Assembly: GCA_903862255.1 (NCBI GenBank)
Contig: CAIOXK010000024.1
Location: forward strand, 1-46,259
Direction: 5' to 3'
DNA length: 46,259 nucleotides
Origin: Candidatus Nomurabacteria bacterium
Lineage (GTDB): Bacteria; Patescibacteriota; Minisyncoccia; Phycocordibacterales; UBA9973
Part shown: positions 17,069-24,944 of the stretch, piece after piece
Numbering within the stretch: position 1 is the first letter of the stretch
Layout of the letters: every line of letters starts with the position of its first letter
Program-made: the position numbers and the translations under genes
Notes under the pieces: model-generated
The model's input: the letters and a program-made list of their open reading frames with translations, nothing else
Database searches by the model: none
Told to the model about the DNA's origin: nothing

Positions 17069-19124
17069 ATGTATTAATATATGTTCTCTCTCGCAACACC
17101 TTAATTTCATCTCGCAATATTGCAGCTGTTTCGAAATCGAGCAACTTTACTGACTCTTTCATCTCATCTTCTTTCATTTTAATTAATTTTTCGATAGGAT
17201 TACGCTTGCCCTTCTTCCCTTTCATATCTTTTTCAAGTTGCGCGAAGAGTTCGATATCAAGCTCAAGCTCTGCATTCACAGCCTTGGCATGAGGACTTTC
17301 CATTCCCTGTGTGATATCAAGAATTTTCTTTTGAATAGTTTTTGGTGTAATGCCGTGCTTTTTATTATATGCCAACTGAATATTACGACGACGAAGTGTT
17401 TCTGCCATCGCACGTTCCATTGAACCAGTCATATTATCAGCGTACAAAATAACACGACCATTTGAGTTACGAGCAGCGCGACCAATTGTTTGAATTAATG
17501 ACACTTCGCTACGCAAAAACCCTTCCTTGTCAGCATCGAGAATACCGATCAATGTTACTTCTGGCATATCAAGCCCTTCGCGGAGCAAGTTAACACCGAT
17601 CAACATATCAAATTCACCCTTACGAAACTGAGTAATAATTTTAATACGATCAATTGTCTTAATGTCACTGTGAATATACGCAGCCTTGATTTTCTTTTCC
17701 TTCAAATAATCTGTCAGGTCTTCAGCCATACGCTTTGTTAGTGTCGTTGCAAGTACGCGACCGCCTTTTGCAATTTCAATTTCTGCCTCATTGATAAAAT
17801 CATGCACTTGTCCGTGATAGTCACCATTTTCAAGAATAGGCCGTACGTCCACCAGCGGATCAACAAGACCAGTAGGTCGAATAATTTGTTCTACCACTTT
17901 TGTCGCATGCTCTAGTTCATACTTGCCTGGCGTAGCAGACACAAAAATTGTATTACCGATGCGCTCTTTAAATTCTTCAAACTTCAATGGGCGGTTATCC
18001 TTTGCACTTGGCAAGCGAAAACCAAAATCCACCAGAGTTTGCTTGCGCGATGCATCACCCGCATACATACCGTGCAATTGTGGAAGTGTTACGTGTGACT
18101 CATCGATAAAAAGCATGAAGTCTGGCGACCCGTCAGCCTTATGTGGGAAGTATGACAACAAAGTCTCTGGTGGTTCTCCAGCTGATTTGCCTGACATATG
18201 ACGAGAGTAGTTTTCGATACCAGAACAGTATCCGATCTCTCGAATCATAGCGAGGTCATAACTTGTACGACGCTTAATGCGCTCTGCTTCAAGTAACTTT
18301 CCTTCTAATTCAAAATGCTTCAACTGTTGATCGAGCTCATGCTTAATATCAGCGATAGCTCGCTCACGTTCGTTTTCATTGGTAATGAAGTGCTTTGTTG
18401 GGAAAATAAAAATAGTTTCTTCGTCATTTATAATACGAGATGATACTGGATCAATTTTCAAAATACTACTCACACTGTTTCCTGAAAATTCAATTGAATA
18501 TTGAAAAGTGTCAGAGATTGGCATTACGTCAACCTTATTTCCTAGCGCACGAAATTGTCCTGACTCTAAATCAGCGTTTGTACGAGTGAAGTGAATACTG
18601 ACTAACTTCTCCATAAACTCTGTACGAGAAATTTTCATACCTTTCTCTACTTTGAAATTTTCTTTTTCATACTCAACTGGAGAGCCCAAGCCGTAAATAC
18701 AGGAAACTGATGCAACAATAATCACATCATTACGAGTAAGCAATGATTGTGTTGTGGCGTGTCGAAGCCGATCAATTTCTTTGTTGATCTGCGCATCTTT
18801 CTCAATGAAAGTGTCTGTTACGGGCATGTATGCCTCTGGCTGATAGTAGTCGTAATACGATACGAAATAGTGCACAGCATTGTTTGGAAAAAATTCCTTA
18901 AACTCAGAAGCTAGTTGAGCGGCCAATGTTTTATTGTGAGCGATAACAAGGGTTGGTTTTTGAATTTCTTTGATGATATTAGCCATCGTAAACGTCTTAC
19001 CAGTCGCAGTTCCACCCAACAGTGTCTGAAACTGCTCGCCGTCTTTTAGGCCTTGTAATAAGCCTTTTATTGCCTTCGGCTGGTCGCCTGCAGGTAGGTA
19101 GTGATCTGATAACTCAAATTTCAT
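17067..19124 (-). CDS. uvrB: Excinuclease ABC subunit B
   Basis: GGTATGKTFTMANII, helicase motifs, and a C-terminal UVR domain (LDFETAAILRDEIKVLRE). 685 aa. Confidence 0.95.
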   Translation of the reverse strand: MKFELSDHYLPAGDQPKAIKGLLQGLKDGEQFQTLLGGTATGKTFTMANIIKEIQKPTLVIAHNKTLAAQLASEFKEFFPNNAVHYFVSYYDYYQPEAYMPVTDTFIEKDAQINKEIDRLRHATTQSLLTRNDVIIVASVSCIYGLGSPVEYEKENFKVEKGMKISRTEFMEKLVSIHFTRTNADLESGQFRALGNKVDVMPISDTFQYSIEFSGNSVSSILKIDPVSSRIINDEETIFIFPTKHFITNENERERAIADIKHELDQQLKHFELEGKLLEAERIKRRTSYDLAMIREIGYCSGIENYSRHMSGKSAGEPPETLLSYFPHKADGSPDFMLFIDESHVTLPQLHGMYAGDASRKQTLVDFGFRLPSAKDNRPLKFEEFKERIGNTIFVSATPGKYELEHATKVVEQIIRPTGLVDPLVDVRPILENGDYHGQVHDFINEAEIEIAKGGRVLATTLTKRMAEDLTDYLKEKKIKAAYIHSDIKTIDRIKIITQFRKGEFDMLIGVNLLREGLDMPEVTLIGILDADKEGFLRSEVSLIQTIGRAARNSNGRVILYADNMTGSMERAMAETLRRRNIQLAYNKKHGITPKTIQKKILDITQGMESPHAKAVNAELELDIELFAQLEKDMKGKKGKRNPIEKLIKMKEDEMKESVKLLDFETAAILRDEIKVLRERTYINT

Positions 19125-19130
19125 AGCTAT

Positions 19131-19149
19131 AGTATATAGAAGTCGTCAA
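19131..19149 (-). promoter_or_regulatory. uvrB promoter region: TTGACG-N7-TATACT-N6-ATG
   Basis: The minus strand reads atcTTGACGacttctaTATACTatagctATG. The spacing is the same as at uvrA. Confidence 0.55.
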
Positions 19150-19163
19150 GATCTGGATATCTA

Positions 19164-19192
19164 TTGATTTTTTTCTTAAAATGTGCTAATAT
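19164..19192 (+). promoter_or_regulatory. Sigma-70 type promoter TTGATT-17-TGcTAATAT
   Basis: ctaTTGATTtttttcttaaaatgTGcTAATATaattacag, 28 nt before ATG 19221. Confidence 0.6.
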
Positions 19193-19220
19193 AATTACAG
19201 AAAACAACAAAAAAATAGCC

Positions 19221-19463
19221 ATGAAAAAAATCATTTTAACTATCGTAACTCCGTTAATACTAATTGTTCTGTCTATGGCACCTATTACATTAATCATTTG
19301 TACAGTACCGCAAGAAGTATTAACCGAGCAACCTCCTATTTTGCAGATTATCGCGATTGCGGTTATCCTAATCGGATCAATTGCATGGATATTTACAGTA
19401 TTCGGATGGTACCTTGGAAAATTCAGCCATTCGAAAATCGGGAGAGGACTTACGATTGCCTAA
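19221..19463 (+). CDS. Small membrane protein (80 aa, 2 TM)
   Basis: MKKIILTIVTPLILIVLSMAP.. The start at 19221 lies downstream of the promoter, and the gene is followed by a terminator. Confidence 0.6.
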   Translation: MKKIILTIVTPLILIVLSMAPITLIICTVPQEVLTEQPPILQIIAIAVILIGSIAWIFTVFGWYLGKFSHSKIGRGLTIA

Positions 19464-19478
19464 CTAAAATCGAAATTG

Positions 19479-19507
19479 AAAGTGTATAACATTACGTTGT
19501 ACACTTT
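19479..19507. terminator. Bidirectional terminator (small membrane protein gene / tgt)
   Basis: AAAGTGTA-13 nt-TACACTTT, followed by TTTTT on the plus strand. Confidence 0.6.
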
Positions 19508-19512
19508 TTTTG

Positions 19513-20724
19513 TTAACTGGTTTTTGGTGGATGATAGCGAGCTAAGAATTCTTTTTTGTAGGTATGAAAGGTATCATCCAAAATACTTTCACGGATTTTT
19601 TCTACGAGGCGCAAAATGAAGTGTAAGTTATGGATTGATGCCAATGTTGCTGCTGTCATTTCATCAGCACGAAAAAGGTGCGCAAGGTAAGCACGAGTAT
19701 GATGCAGACAAGTGTAACACTGACAACTTGCTTCTATCGGTGTGAAATCTGTAGTAAAGCGAGAGTTTTTAATATTTAACCGTCCATCTGCTGTATGTAA
19801 CGAACCATGACGAGCCATACGAGTTGGTGCGATACAGTCAAATAAATCACAACCAGCTTCTACTGCGTTAAAAAGATCGAGTGGTTCACCGATACCAAGT
19901 AAGTGACGCGGCTTATCTTCTGGTAACAATGCATTCACCCACCCTACTGCAGTACCAATATCATCTTTGGTAAATGACCCACCAATACCAAAACCGTCGA
20001 AACCATCACTGTCCTGTGCTAATGCACCAAGTGATCGCGCTGCTTCTTCACGAAGATCTTGAAAACGTCCACCTTGAATAACTGCAAACAAACTTTGTTC
20101 TTTATTCTGATCGAGTTCGTTATGGCGAGCCAAACTGCGCTTGGCCCAATCATATGTTCGTGCCAAAGATTTCTTTTGATATTCATATGGAGCTGTTGGA
20201 CTAGTGCATTCATCGAATGCAAAAATCATATCGGCACCGAGTTTCCACTGTGCTTCCATTGAAGACTCCGGAGTAAATAAATGTTTACTGCCATCTAAAT
20301 GTGACTTGAACATCACCCCTTCATCTGTTACTTTTGCTAACTGTCCACTTACTGCGGAAATATCAGACACCCCCACATCTGACGTGGCAACTTTACTTAC
20401 TGAATTACCAAATGCAGCACCGAGAGAAAAAGCCTGGAAACCACCTGAATCCGTCATTGTTGGACCATGCCAGTCCATAAACTTACCGAAGCCACCGGCC
20501 TGATCCACGATATCTGCACCTGGTTGTAGATATAAATGATATGTATTTGCCAGCACAACCTGAGCATTCAAACTTCTGATCTGCTCTGCTGTCATAGACT
20601 TCACCGTAGCCTTTGTACCCACCACAACAAAAGCCGGTGTCTTAATAACGCCGTTCTTTGTTTCAATTTCTCCAGCGCGTGCCATCGTACCATCGAGTTT
20701 TTTATGTATAGAAAATTTAAGCAT
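19513..20724 (-). CDS. tgt: Queuine/tRNA-guanine transglycosylase
   Basis: TPAFVVVGT, TDSGGFQ, LLGIGEP, and the Zn site CQCYTCLHHTRAYLAHL. Confidence 0.92.
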   Translation of the reverse strand: MLKFSIHKKLDGTMARAGEIETKNGVIKTPAFVVVGTKATVKSMTAEQIRSLNAQVVLANTYHLYLQPGADIVDQAGGFGKFMDWHGPTMTDSGGFQAFSLGAAFGNSVSKVATSDVGVSDISAVSGQLAKVTDEGVMFKSHLDGSKHLFTPESSMEAQWKLGADMIFAFDECTSPTAPYEYQKKSLARTYDWAKRSLARHNELDQNKEQSLFAVIQGGRFQDLREEAARSLGALAQDSDGFDGFGIGGSFTKDDIGTAVGWVNALLPEDKPRHLLGIGEPLDLFNAVEAGCDLFDCIAPTRMARHGSLHTADGRLNIKNSRFTTDFTPIEASCQCYTCLHHTRAYLAHLFRADEMTAATLASIHNLHFILRLVEKIRESILDDTFHTYKKEFLARYHPPKTS

Positions 20725-20787
20725 AAATGTTTGTATGTTGTTTATAACACAAATATTGAAATTCGAATATCTTAAGCTACGAAAATA

Positions 20788-20822
20788 AACAGCCTGAACA
20801 CATCAATGTCCAGGCTATTTTT
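20788..20822. terminator. Hairpin terminator downstream of the SnoaL-like gene
   Basis: AGCCTGaAC-11 nt-GTcCAGGCT, with T/A runs on both sides. Confidence 0.55.
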
Positions 20823-20825
20823 TGT

Positions 20826-21206
20826 TTACAGTGCAGTTTTTACACTTTTGTAATATTCACGGAGTGAGGAGAACTTTCCATCTCTAGTTCCAAAGATCGC
20901 AACTTCATCGAGGTCAATATGCAGACTGCGTGGTACATCAATAAAGGTAGCATTCCATTCAGCAATTACAGTATCACCATCCTTCCAAACTTTTTTAAGA
21001 TTGAATTTAATATCATCCTGCTCACCAATAACTTTGGTTTCCCAGTACTTTCTAATTTCTTCAATCCCGTTATTTTTTGGCTCTTTAGGGTCATCATATG
21101 TTGCATCATCAGTAAAGATGGTAACGATGAGATCTGGGTCTTTGGTTTCCCATGCTTTGCCGTAAATCTAAATAAGCTTTATTGCTTCGTCTTTAGTCAT
21201 ATTCAT
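20826..21206 (-). pseudogene. SnoaL/NTF2-like small protein gene interrupted by an in-frame TAG at codon 13
   Basis: Not in the ORF track. My translation is MNMTKDEAIKLI*IYGKAWETKDPDLIVTIFTDDATYDDPKEPKNNGIEEIRKYWETKVIGEQDDIKFNLKKVWKDGDTVIAEWNATFIDVPRSLHIDLDEVAIFGTRDGKFSSLREYYKSVKTAL. The TAG is at 21168-21170, and there is no Met downstream of it. Confidence 0.65.
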
Positions 21207-21226
21207 AATGTATCATAGTTTTGCGT

Positions 21227-21255
21227 ACCTTACATCGCGCAATGATGTAAGTCAA
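21227..21255 (-). promoter_or_regulatory. Promoter TTGACT-17-TAAGGT, with the palindrome TACATC-N7-GATGTA in the spacer
   Basis: The minus strand reads ctaTTGACTtacatcattgcgcgatgTAAGGTacgc. Confidence 0.45.
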
Positions 21256-21282
21256 TAGAAAAAGCCTTGCCCTACAAGACTT

Positions 21283-22050
21283 TTACTTCACCACTACAAA
21301 CTTCAATGCCTGCAAATTTACTGGAACCTTCGCAAGGAGTCTCTGAAAAGGGTCACGTGGATCGGTAATAATTTTTTCTACAATTGCCATTGAGGCTACG
21401 TTTACTGATTGCAAAGAAACAACAGCACCGACTGAAAAAGGTACATCACGAGGAAGTTGTACTTCATATTCCCCACCGCCACGACCGATAAGTGTCACTG
21501 CCACACCACTATCAACTGCTGTACCGGAAGTCTGACGACCTGCCGCACTATAAAGCGCGATTGTTGCAGTATTAGTTGTTACGTCACTAATAGTTCCCAG
21601 TGCAACACTATTGAATGCATAAGCAACTGAACCTACCTTAATACCCTCTGCACTACCAGCGTCAATAAGTACAGTATCGTAAAAACTACGATTCGGTAAT
21701 GTCATAACATGGGCAAGAATACCCTTACGATCAATATTCCTGCCGAGCTCAGCTTTGAGTTCATTATTCTCATTTTGCAATTGTTGCAATGTAGTGATTT
21801 CTGCGTCATATGCTGTGAGAGTACTTTCTTGTTCGGTAACTTTTTTGATCAAAGCGCTTTTTGAAAGAAGATGGTCTGCCACAATGCCACCATATACTGA
21901 AGGAGTCTGACCTACGATTTTTTTGACTGTCATACTAGCAATAGTAATTACAAGTACAACACTAGCAATAGCAATACCTATACGAAGCCATGGATGCAAT
22001 GTATGAAGTGGTCGTATTGTATGTGGTTTTGGTGGACTATAGCGAGGCAT
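21283..22050 (-). CDS. mreC: Rod shape-determining protein MreC
   Basis: N-terminal TM, a coiled coil (LQQLQNENNELKAELG), then a beta-rich domain. Overlaps the end of mreB by 14 nt. Confidence 0.8.
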   Translation of the reverse strand: MPRYSPPKPHTIRPLHTLHPWLRIGIAIASVVLVITIASMTVKKIVGQTPSVYGGIVADHLLSKSALIKKVTEQESTLTAYDAEITTLQQLQNENNELKAELGRNIDRKGILAHVMTLPNRSFYDTVLIDAGSAEGIKVGSVAYAFNSVALGTISDVTTNTATIALYSAAGRQTSGTAVDSGVAVTLIGRGGGEYEVQLPRDVPFSVGAVVSLQSVNVASMAIVEKIITDPRDPFQRLLAKVPVNLQALKFVVVK

Positions 22051-23080
22051 GGTCTTCTATTGATAGGAGTGTGATTTTATAATTATCGAACTGTTCCAAA
22101 ATAATACCAGTACCACGAGCTACTGCAGATAACGGATCTTCTGCAATATGTACTGGCAATTTTAATTCTTGCTGCAACAACAATGCCAGCCCACGCAAAT
22201 TTGCACCACCACCACTTAATACAACTCCTGACCGCAAAATATCAGAAACCATTTCTGGCGGAGCTGTTTCTAACACTTCTCGAATACCAGCAACAAGTAG
22301 CGCCACTGTCCGCGCAAATGCTTCACGAACATCACCGTCAGTAATCATAAGTGCTTTTGGTAAACCAGATACAAGATCGCGGCCACGCACTTCTGTTTCC
22401 ATATATTCTGTTTCCATAGCAGAGCCAAGTTCGAGCTTTACATTTTCTGCAGTACGTTCACCAACTAATAATTTGAATTCATCACGAAGGTAATCAATGA
22501 CACGAGCATCGAAGTGATCTCCGGCTACACGCAGATTTAATGAGCGGACAATACCACCCAAAGCAATCAGTGCAATGTCAGTTGTTCCTCCACCAATATC
22601 AACGATAAATGAAGCGCTTGAAGAAAGTACTGGCAATCGAATACCGATCGCTGCGGCCATCGCTTCTTCTACTAGATGTACTTCACGAGCACCTGCATCA
22701 ATACCGGCATCGTATACAGCTCGCAGTTCTACATTGGTAATGCCAGAAGGTACACCAATTACTAATCGCGGGCGGAAAAATTTCTTTGAAAGTTTTTCTA
22801 CCTTACGAATGAAGTACGCGAGCATTTCTTCTGCCATTTCAAAATCAGAAACAACGCCTTCAGATAATGGTCGGATAATTTTAATATGTTCCGGAGTCTT
22901 GCCCCACATTTCTTTTGCCTCACGCCCAATAGCAACAATCTGTCCAGTTTTTTGGTTTACAGCAACAATAGACGGCTCATTGATAACAATGCCGTGACCT
23001 TTCACATATACAAGAGTATTGGCAGTACCAAGGTCGATACCAATATCATTTGAAAAACGCTGGTAGAAATTTTTGAACAT
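22037..23080 (-). CDS. mreB: Rod shape-determining protein MreB (actin-like ATPase)
   Basis: DIGIDLGTANTLVY, VDIGGGTTDIA, VLSGGGANLRGL. Confidence 0.95.
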   Translation of the reverse strand: MFKNFYQRFSNDIGIDLGTANTLVYVKGHGIVINEPSIVAVNQKTGQIVAIGREAKEMWGKTPEHIKIIRPLSEGVVSDFEMAEEMLAYFIRKVEKLSKKFFRPRLVIGVPSGITNVELRAVYDAGIDAGAREVHLVEEAMAAAIGIRLPVLSSSASFIVDIGGGTTDIALIALGGIVRSLNLRVAGDHFDARVIDYLRDEFKLLVGERTAENVKLELGSAMETEYMETEVRGRDLVSGLPKALMITDGDVREAFARTVALLVAGIREVLETAPPEMVSDILRSGVVLSGGGANLRGLALLLQQELKLPVHIAEDPLSAVARGTGIILEQFDNYKITLLSIEDHASL

Positions 23081-23082
23081 AA

Positions 23083-24345
23083 TTATGCAGTGAGCATTTG
23101 TATTAGCTCTTCAAAAGAAACAATCTTTGCCTCGCTTGAATTACGTTTTTTATATTCAACAAATTTTCCATCTTTTAAACTTCGAGCAGAAACCACAACT
23201 CTATGAGGAATACCAATTAAATCACTGTCAGCAAATTTTTCTCCTGCCATCACGTTTATACGATCATCCCAAAGTACCTCGATGCCTTTCGAAGTAAGTT
23301 CGATATATAGATTTTTTGCCTCTTCAAAACTCATACTAGTAATATCGTCCCCAAGAGGTAATAGATGAACCTTAAAAGGAGCAATACTTTCTGGCCATAC
23401 AATTCCCTTTTCATCAGATAATACTTCAACAACAGTCCCCATCAAACGAGTAATACCAATACCGTACGAGCCCATGAATACAGGCACTTCCGTACCCTCA
23501 GTAGTTTTGTATGTTAGTTGAAATGGTTCTGAGAATTTAAATCCAAGTGAAAAAATATTTCCTACTTCAATAGCTTTTTTTTCAACCAATGAGTCGCGGT
23601 TGATTTCGAGTTCCGCAAGTACATCATCAGTCAAAACCTCTTTATTAATAGCAATTCCTTTTGCTTCATCAATATAAATAAGATCTTCGCCTGCATCTGA
23701 AACAGTTTGAAATTCGTGAGAGTATTTTGAAAATGTTCCACCTGATGCGAATGTCATATAAGTATAGTCACCGAGACCTACACGTTTATACACATTTGAA
23801 TAAGCAGTTTTTGCTTTTTCATAAAAAGTATCATGCTGCTCTTGATCAGCAGAAAATGAATATAACGCCTTCCAATAGAACTCACGTCCCCGCATGATTC
23901 CAGATTTACTGCGAGTTTCATTACGAAAAATAGTTTTGAAGTCGTAGGGATACTGAGGAAGATCTTTATACGAACTTATGAAATTTTTCATAATGCTTGA
24001 ATAAGCTTCTTCATTAGTAAATGACAAACCAACCTCTGTACCATTTTTAAGCGTAGTTTTGAACCAGTTGTCGACAATATCATCACTCCAACGATTTGTT
24101 TTCTCCCATACTTCCTTACTCTGAATTGCAGAAGTTTTCATCTGAATACCACCAATAGTATTCATTTCTTCTTTTACAATGCCAATAATTTTTTCCATTA
24201 CACGATATCCTAGTGGCAATATCGAATATACTCCTGCCATTTCCTTGTGAATATAACCTGCACGAATAAGCAGCTGGGCATTCTTCGATACCTCATCTGA
24301 TGGGTTGTCCTTACTGGTTTTGGTGAAAAGCTGTGTTTGTCTCAT
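23083..24345 (-). CDS. proS: Prolyl-tRNA synthetase, bacterial type without the INS editing domain
   Basis: IFRNETRSKSGIMRGREF (motif 2), GSYGIGITRLMG (motif 3), and a C-terminal anticodon-binding domain. Only 420 aa. Confidence 0.88.
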   Translation of the reverse strand: MRQTQLFTKTSKDNPSDEVSKNAQLLIRAGYIHKEMAGVYSILPLGYRVMEKIIGIVKEEMNTIGGIQMKTSAIQSKEVWEKTNRWSDDIVDNWFKTTLKNGTEVGLSFTNEEAYSSIMKNFISSYKDLPQYPYDFKTIFRNETRSKSGIMRGREFYWKALYSFSADQEQHDTFYEKAKTAYSNVYKRVGLGDYTYMTFASGGTFSKYSHEFQTVSDAGEDLIYIDEAKGIAINKEVLTDDVLAELEINRDSLVEKKAIEVGNIFSLGFKFSEPFQLTYKTTEGTEVPVFMGSYGIGITRLMGTVVEVLSDEKGIVWPESIAPFKVHLLPLGDDITSMSFEEAKNLYIELTSKGIEVLWDDRINVMAGEKFADSDLIGIPHRVVVSARSLKDGKFVEYKKRNSSEAKIVSFEELIQMLTA

Positions 24346-24356
24346 AAATCACCTAC

Positions 24357-24365
24357 ATAATCGCA
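24357..24365 (-). promoter_or_regulatory. Extended -10 promoter (TGcGATTAT), 11 nt upstream of the proS ATG
   Basis: The minus strand reads ttgTGcGATTATgtaggtgatttATG. Confidence 0.4.
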
Positions 24366-24376
24366 CAAAATGGCAA

Positions 24377-24412
24377 ATAAAAAAAGCCTTTGAATTATTC
24401 ATTCAAAGGCTT
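24377..24412 (-). terminator. Intrinsic terminator of the 24431-24655 gene
   Basis: 12-bp stem AAGCCTTTGAAT-tattc-ATTCAAAGGCTT, followed by a T-run on the minus strand. Confidence 0.8.
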
Positions 24413-24430
24413 ACTAATTCTTAGTTCAAC

Positions 24431-24655
24431 TTATTTTCTTTCGATTTTTATAATAAACAACTTCTCATTTCGTTGTTGTTGAGAATTCGCTAATAAGCAA
24501 ACTAGTATTAGTGCAGACATTAAAACAACCATCTGCTTTATGTACTGATACCATTTATCTCGTTCACTGCTAAAAAGTGTGAAGAAAAAATGGAATACTA
24601 TTAACACGGTAAAAGTATGTATACATATAACGAAAACATCAATAGTTTCTATCAT
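24431..24655 (-). CDS. Small membrane protein (74 aa, 2 TM)
   Basis: MIETIDVFVICIHTFTVLIVFHFFF.. I place the start at 24655 because a consensus promoter lies inside the longer track ORF (to 24781). Confidence 0.55.
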   Translation of the reverse strand: MIETIDVFVICIHTFTVLIVFHFFFTLFSSERDKWYQYIKQMVVLMSALILVCLLANSQQQRNEKLFIIKIERK

Positions 24656-24700
24656 TTTATTTAGTTTTAAAGAGTTTATAGTTGATTTATTTCTGACTTC

Positions 24701-24729
24701 AGAATAGCACACTTTGATCAAAAAGTCAA
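24701..24729 (-). promoter_or_regulatory. Promoter TTGACT-17-TGcTATTCT
   Basis: The minus strand reads atcaTTGACTtttgatcaaagtgTGcTATTCTgaag. Confidence 0.6.
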
Positions 24730-24739
24730 TGATCTCCCC

Positions 24740-24768
24740 TTGCCAAATAAGGTTATAAATGCTATGTT
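24740..24768 (+). promoter_or_regulatory. Candidate rpsB promoter TTGCCA-17-TGcTATGTT, giving a leader of about 170 nt
   Basis: ccTTGCCAaataaggttataaaTGcTATGTTtatgg. It lies back to back with the divergent promoter at 24701-24729. Confidence 0.45.
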
Positions 24769-24887
24769 TATGGCTCATCACCGCCTTCGTTTTTAGGAAC
24801 TTCGGCGCGTTAAAAGATGAAATTATTCAGTAAACCTACTAAGAAAAAGTAGGCCCTTATTAACGTAAGGGTAAGGTTCTTACTGTT

Positions 24888-24915
24888 ATCCCACTTCGCT
24901 AAAGCTACGCGGGAC
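24888..24915 (+). repeat. 28-nt element, copy A (ATCCCACTTCGCTAAAGCTACGCGGGAC), in the rpsB 5' leader
   Basis: 27/28 identical to the reverse complement of 44945-44972. Confidence 0.85.
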
Positions 24916-24944
24916 GACAGATAAAGAATCTGTCGCAGATTGTT

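Noticed and set aside
17505-17517. CACTTCGCTACGC inside uvrB, resembling the 28-nt r-protein element with its centre deleted
   Set aside because: Only a 13-nt partial similarity within conserved coding sequence. Not distinguishable from chance.
21168-21170. Possibility that TAG (or TGA) is reassigned, i.e. an alternative genetic code such as code 25
   Set aside because: TAG terminates at least six well-conserved genes at the expected C-termini (murJ, leuS, the 313-aa gene, mreB, rpoD, dnaG). All large conserved genes are intact under the standard code with no internal TGA. TGA ends the 45312-45821 ORF.
20919-21218. 99-aa plus-strand ORF from the track
   Set aside because: The opposite strand encodes a recognisable SnoaL/NTF2-like protein with a promoter and a terminator. 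The plus-strand product is low-complexity.
24656-24781. N-terminal 42 codons of the 116-aa track ORF
   Set aside because: A TTGACT-17-TGcTATTCT promoter lies inside this stretch, and the divergent rpsB promoter overlaps it. The hydrophobic protein begins at MIETIDVF.
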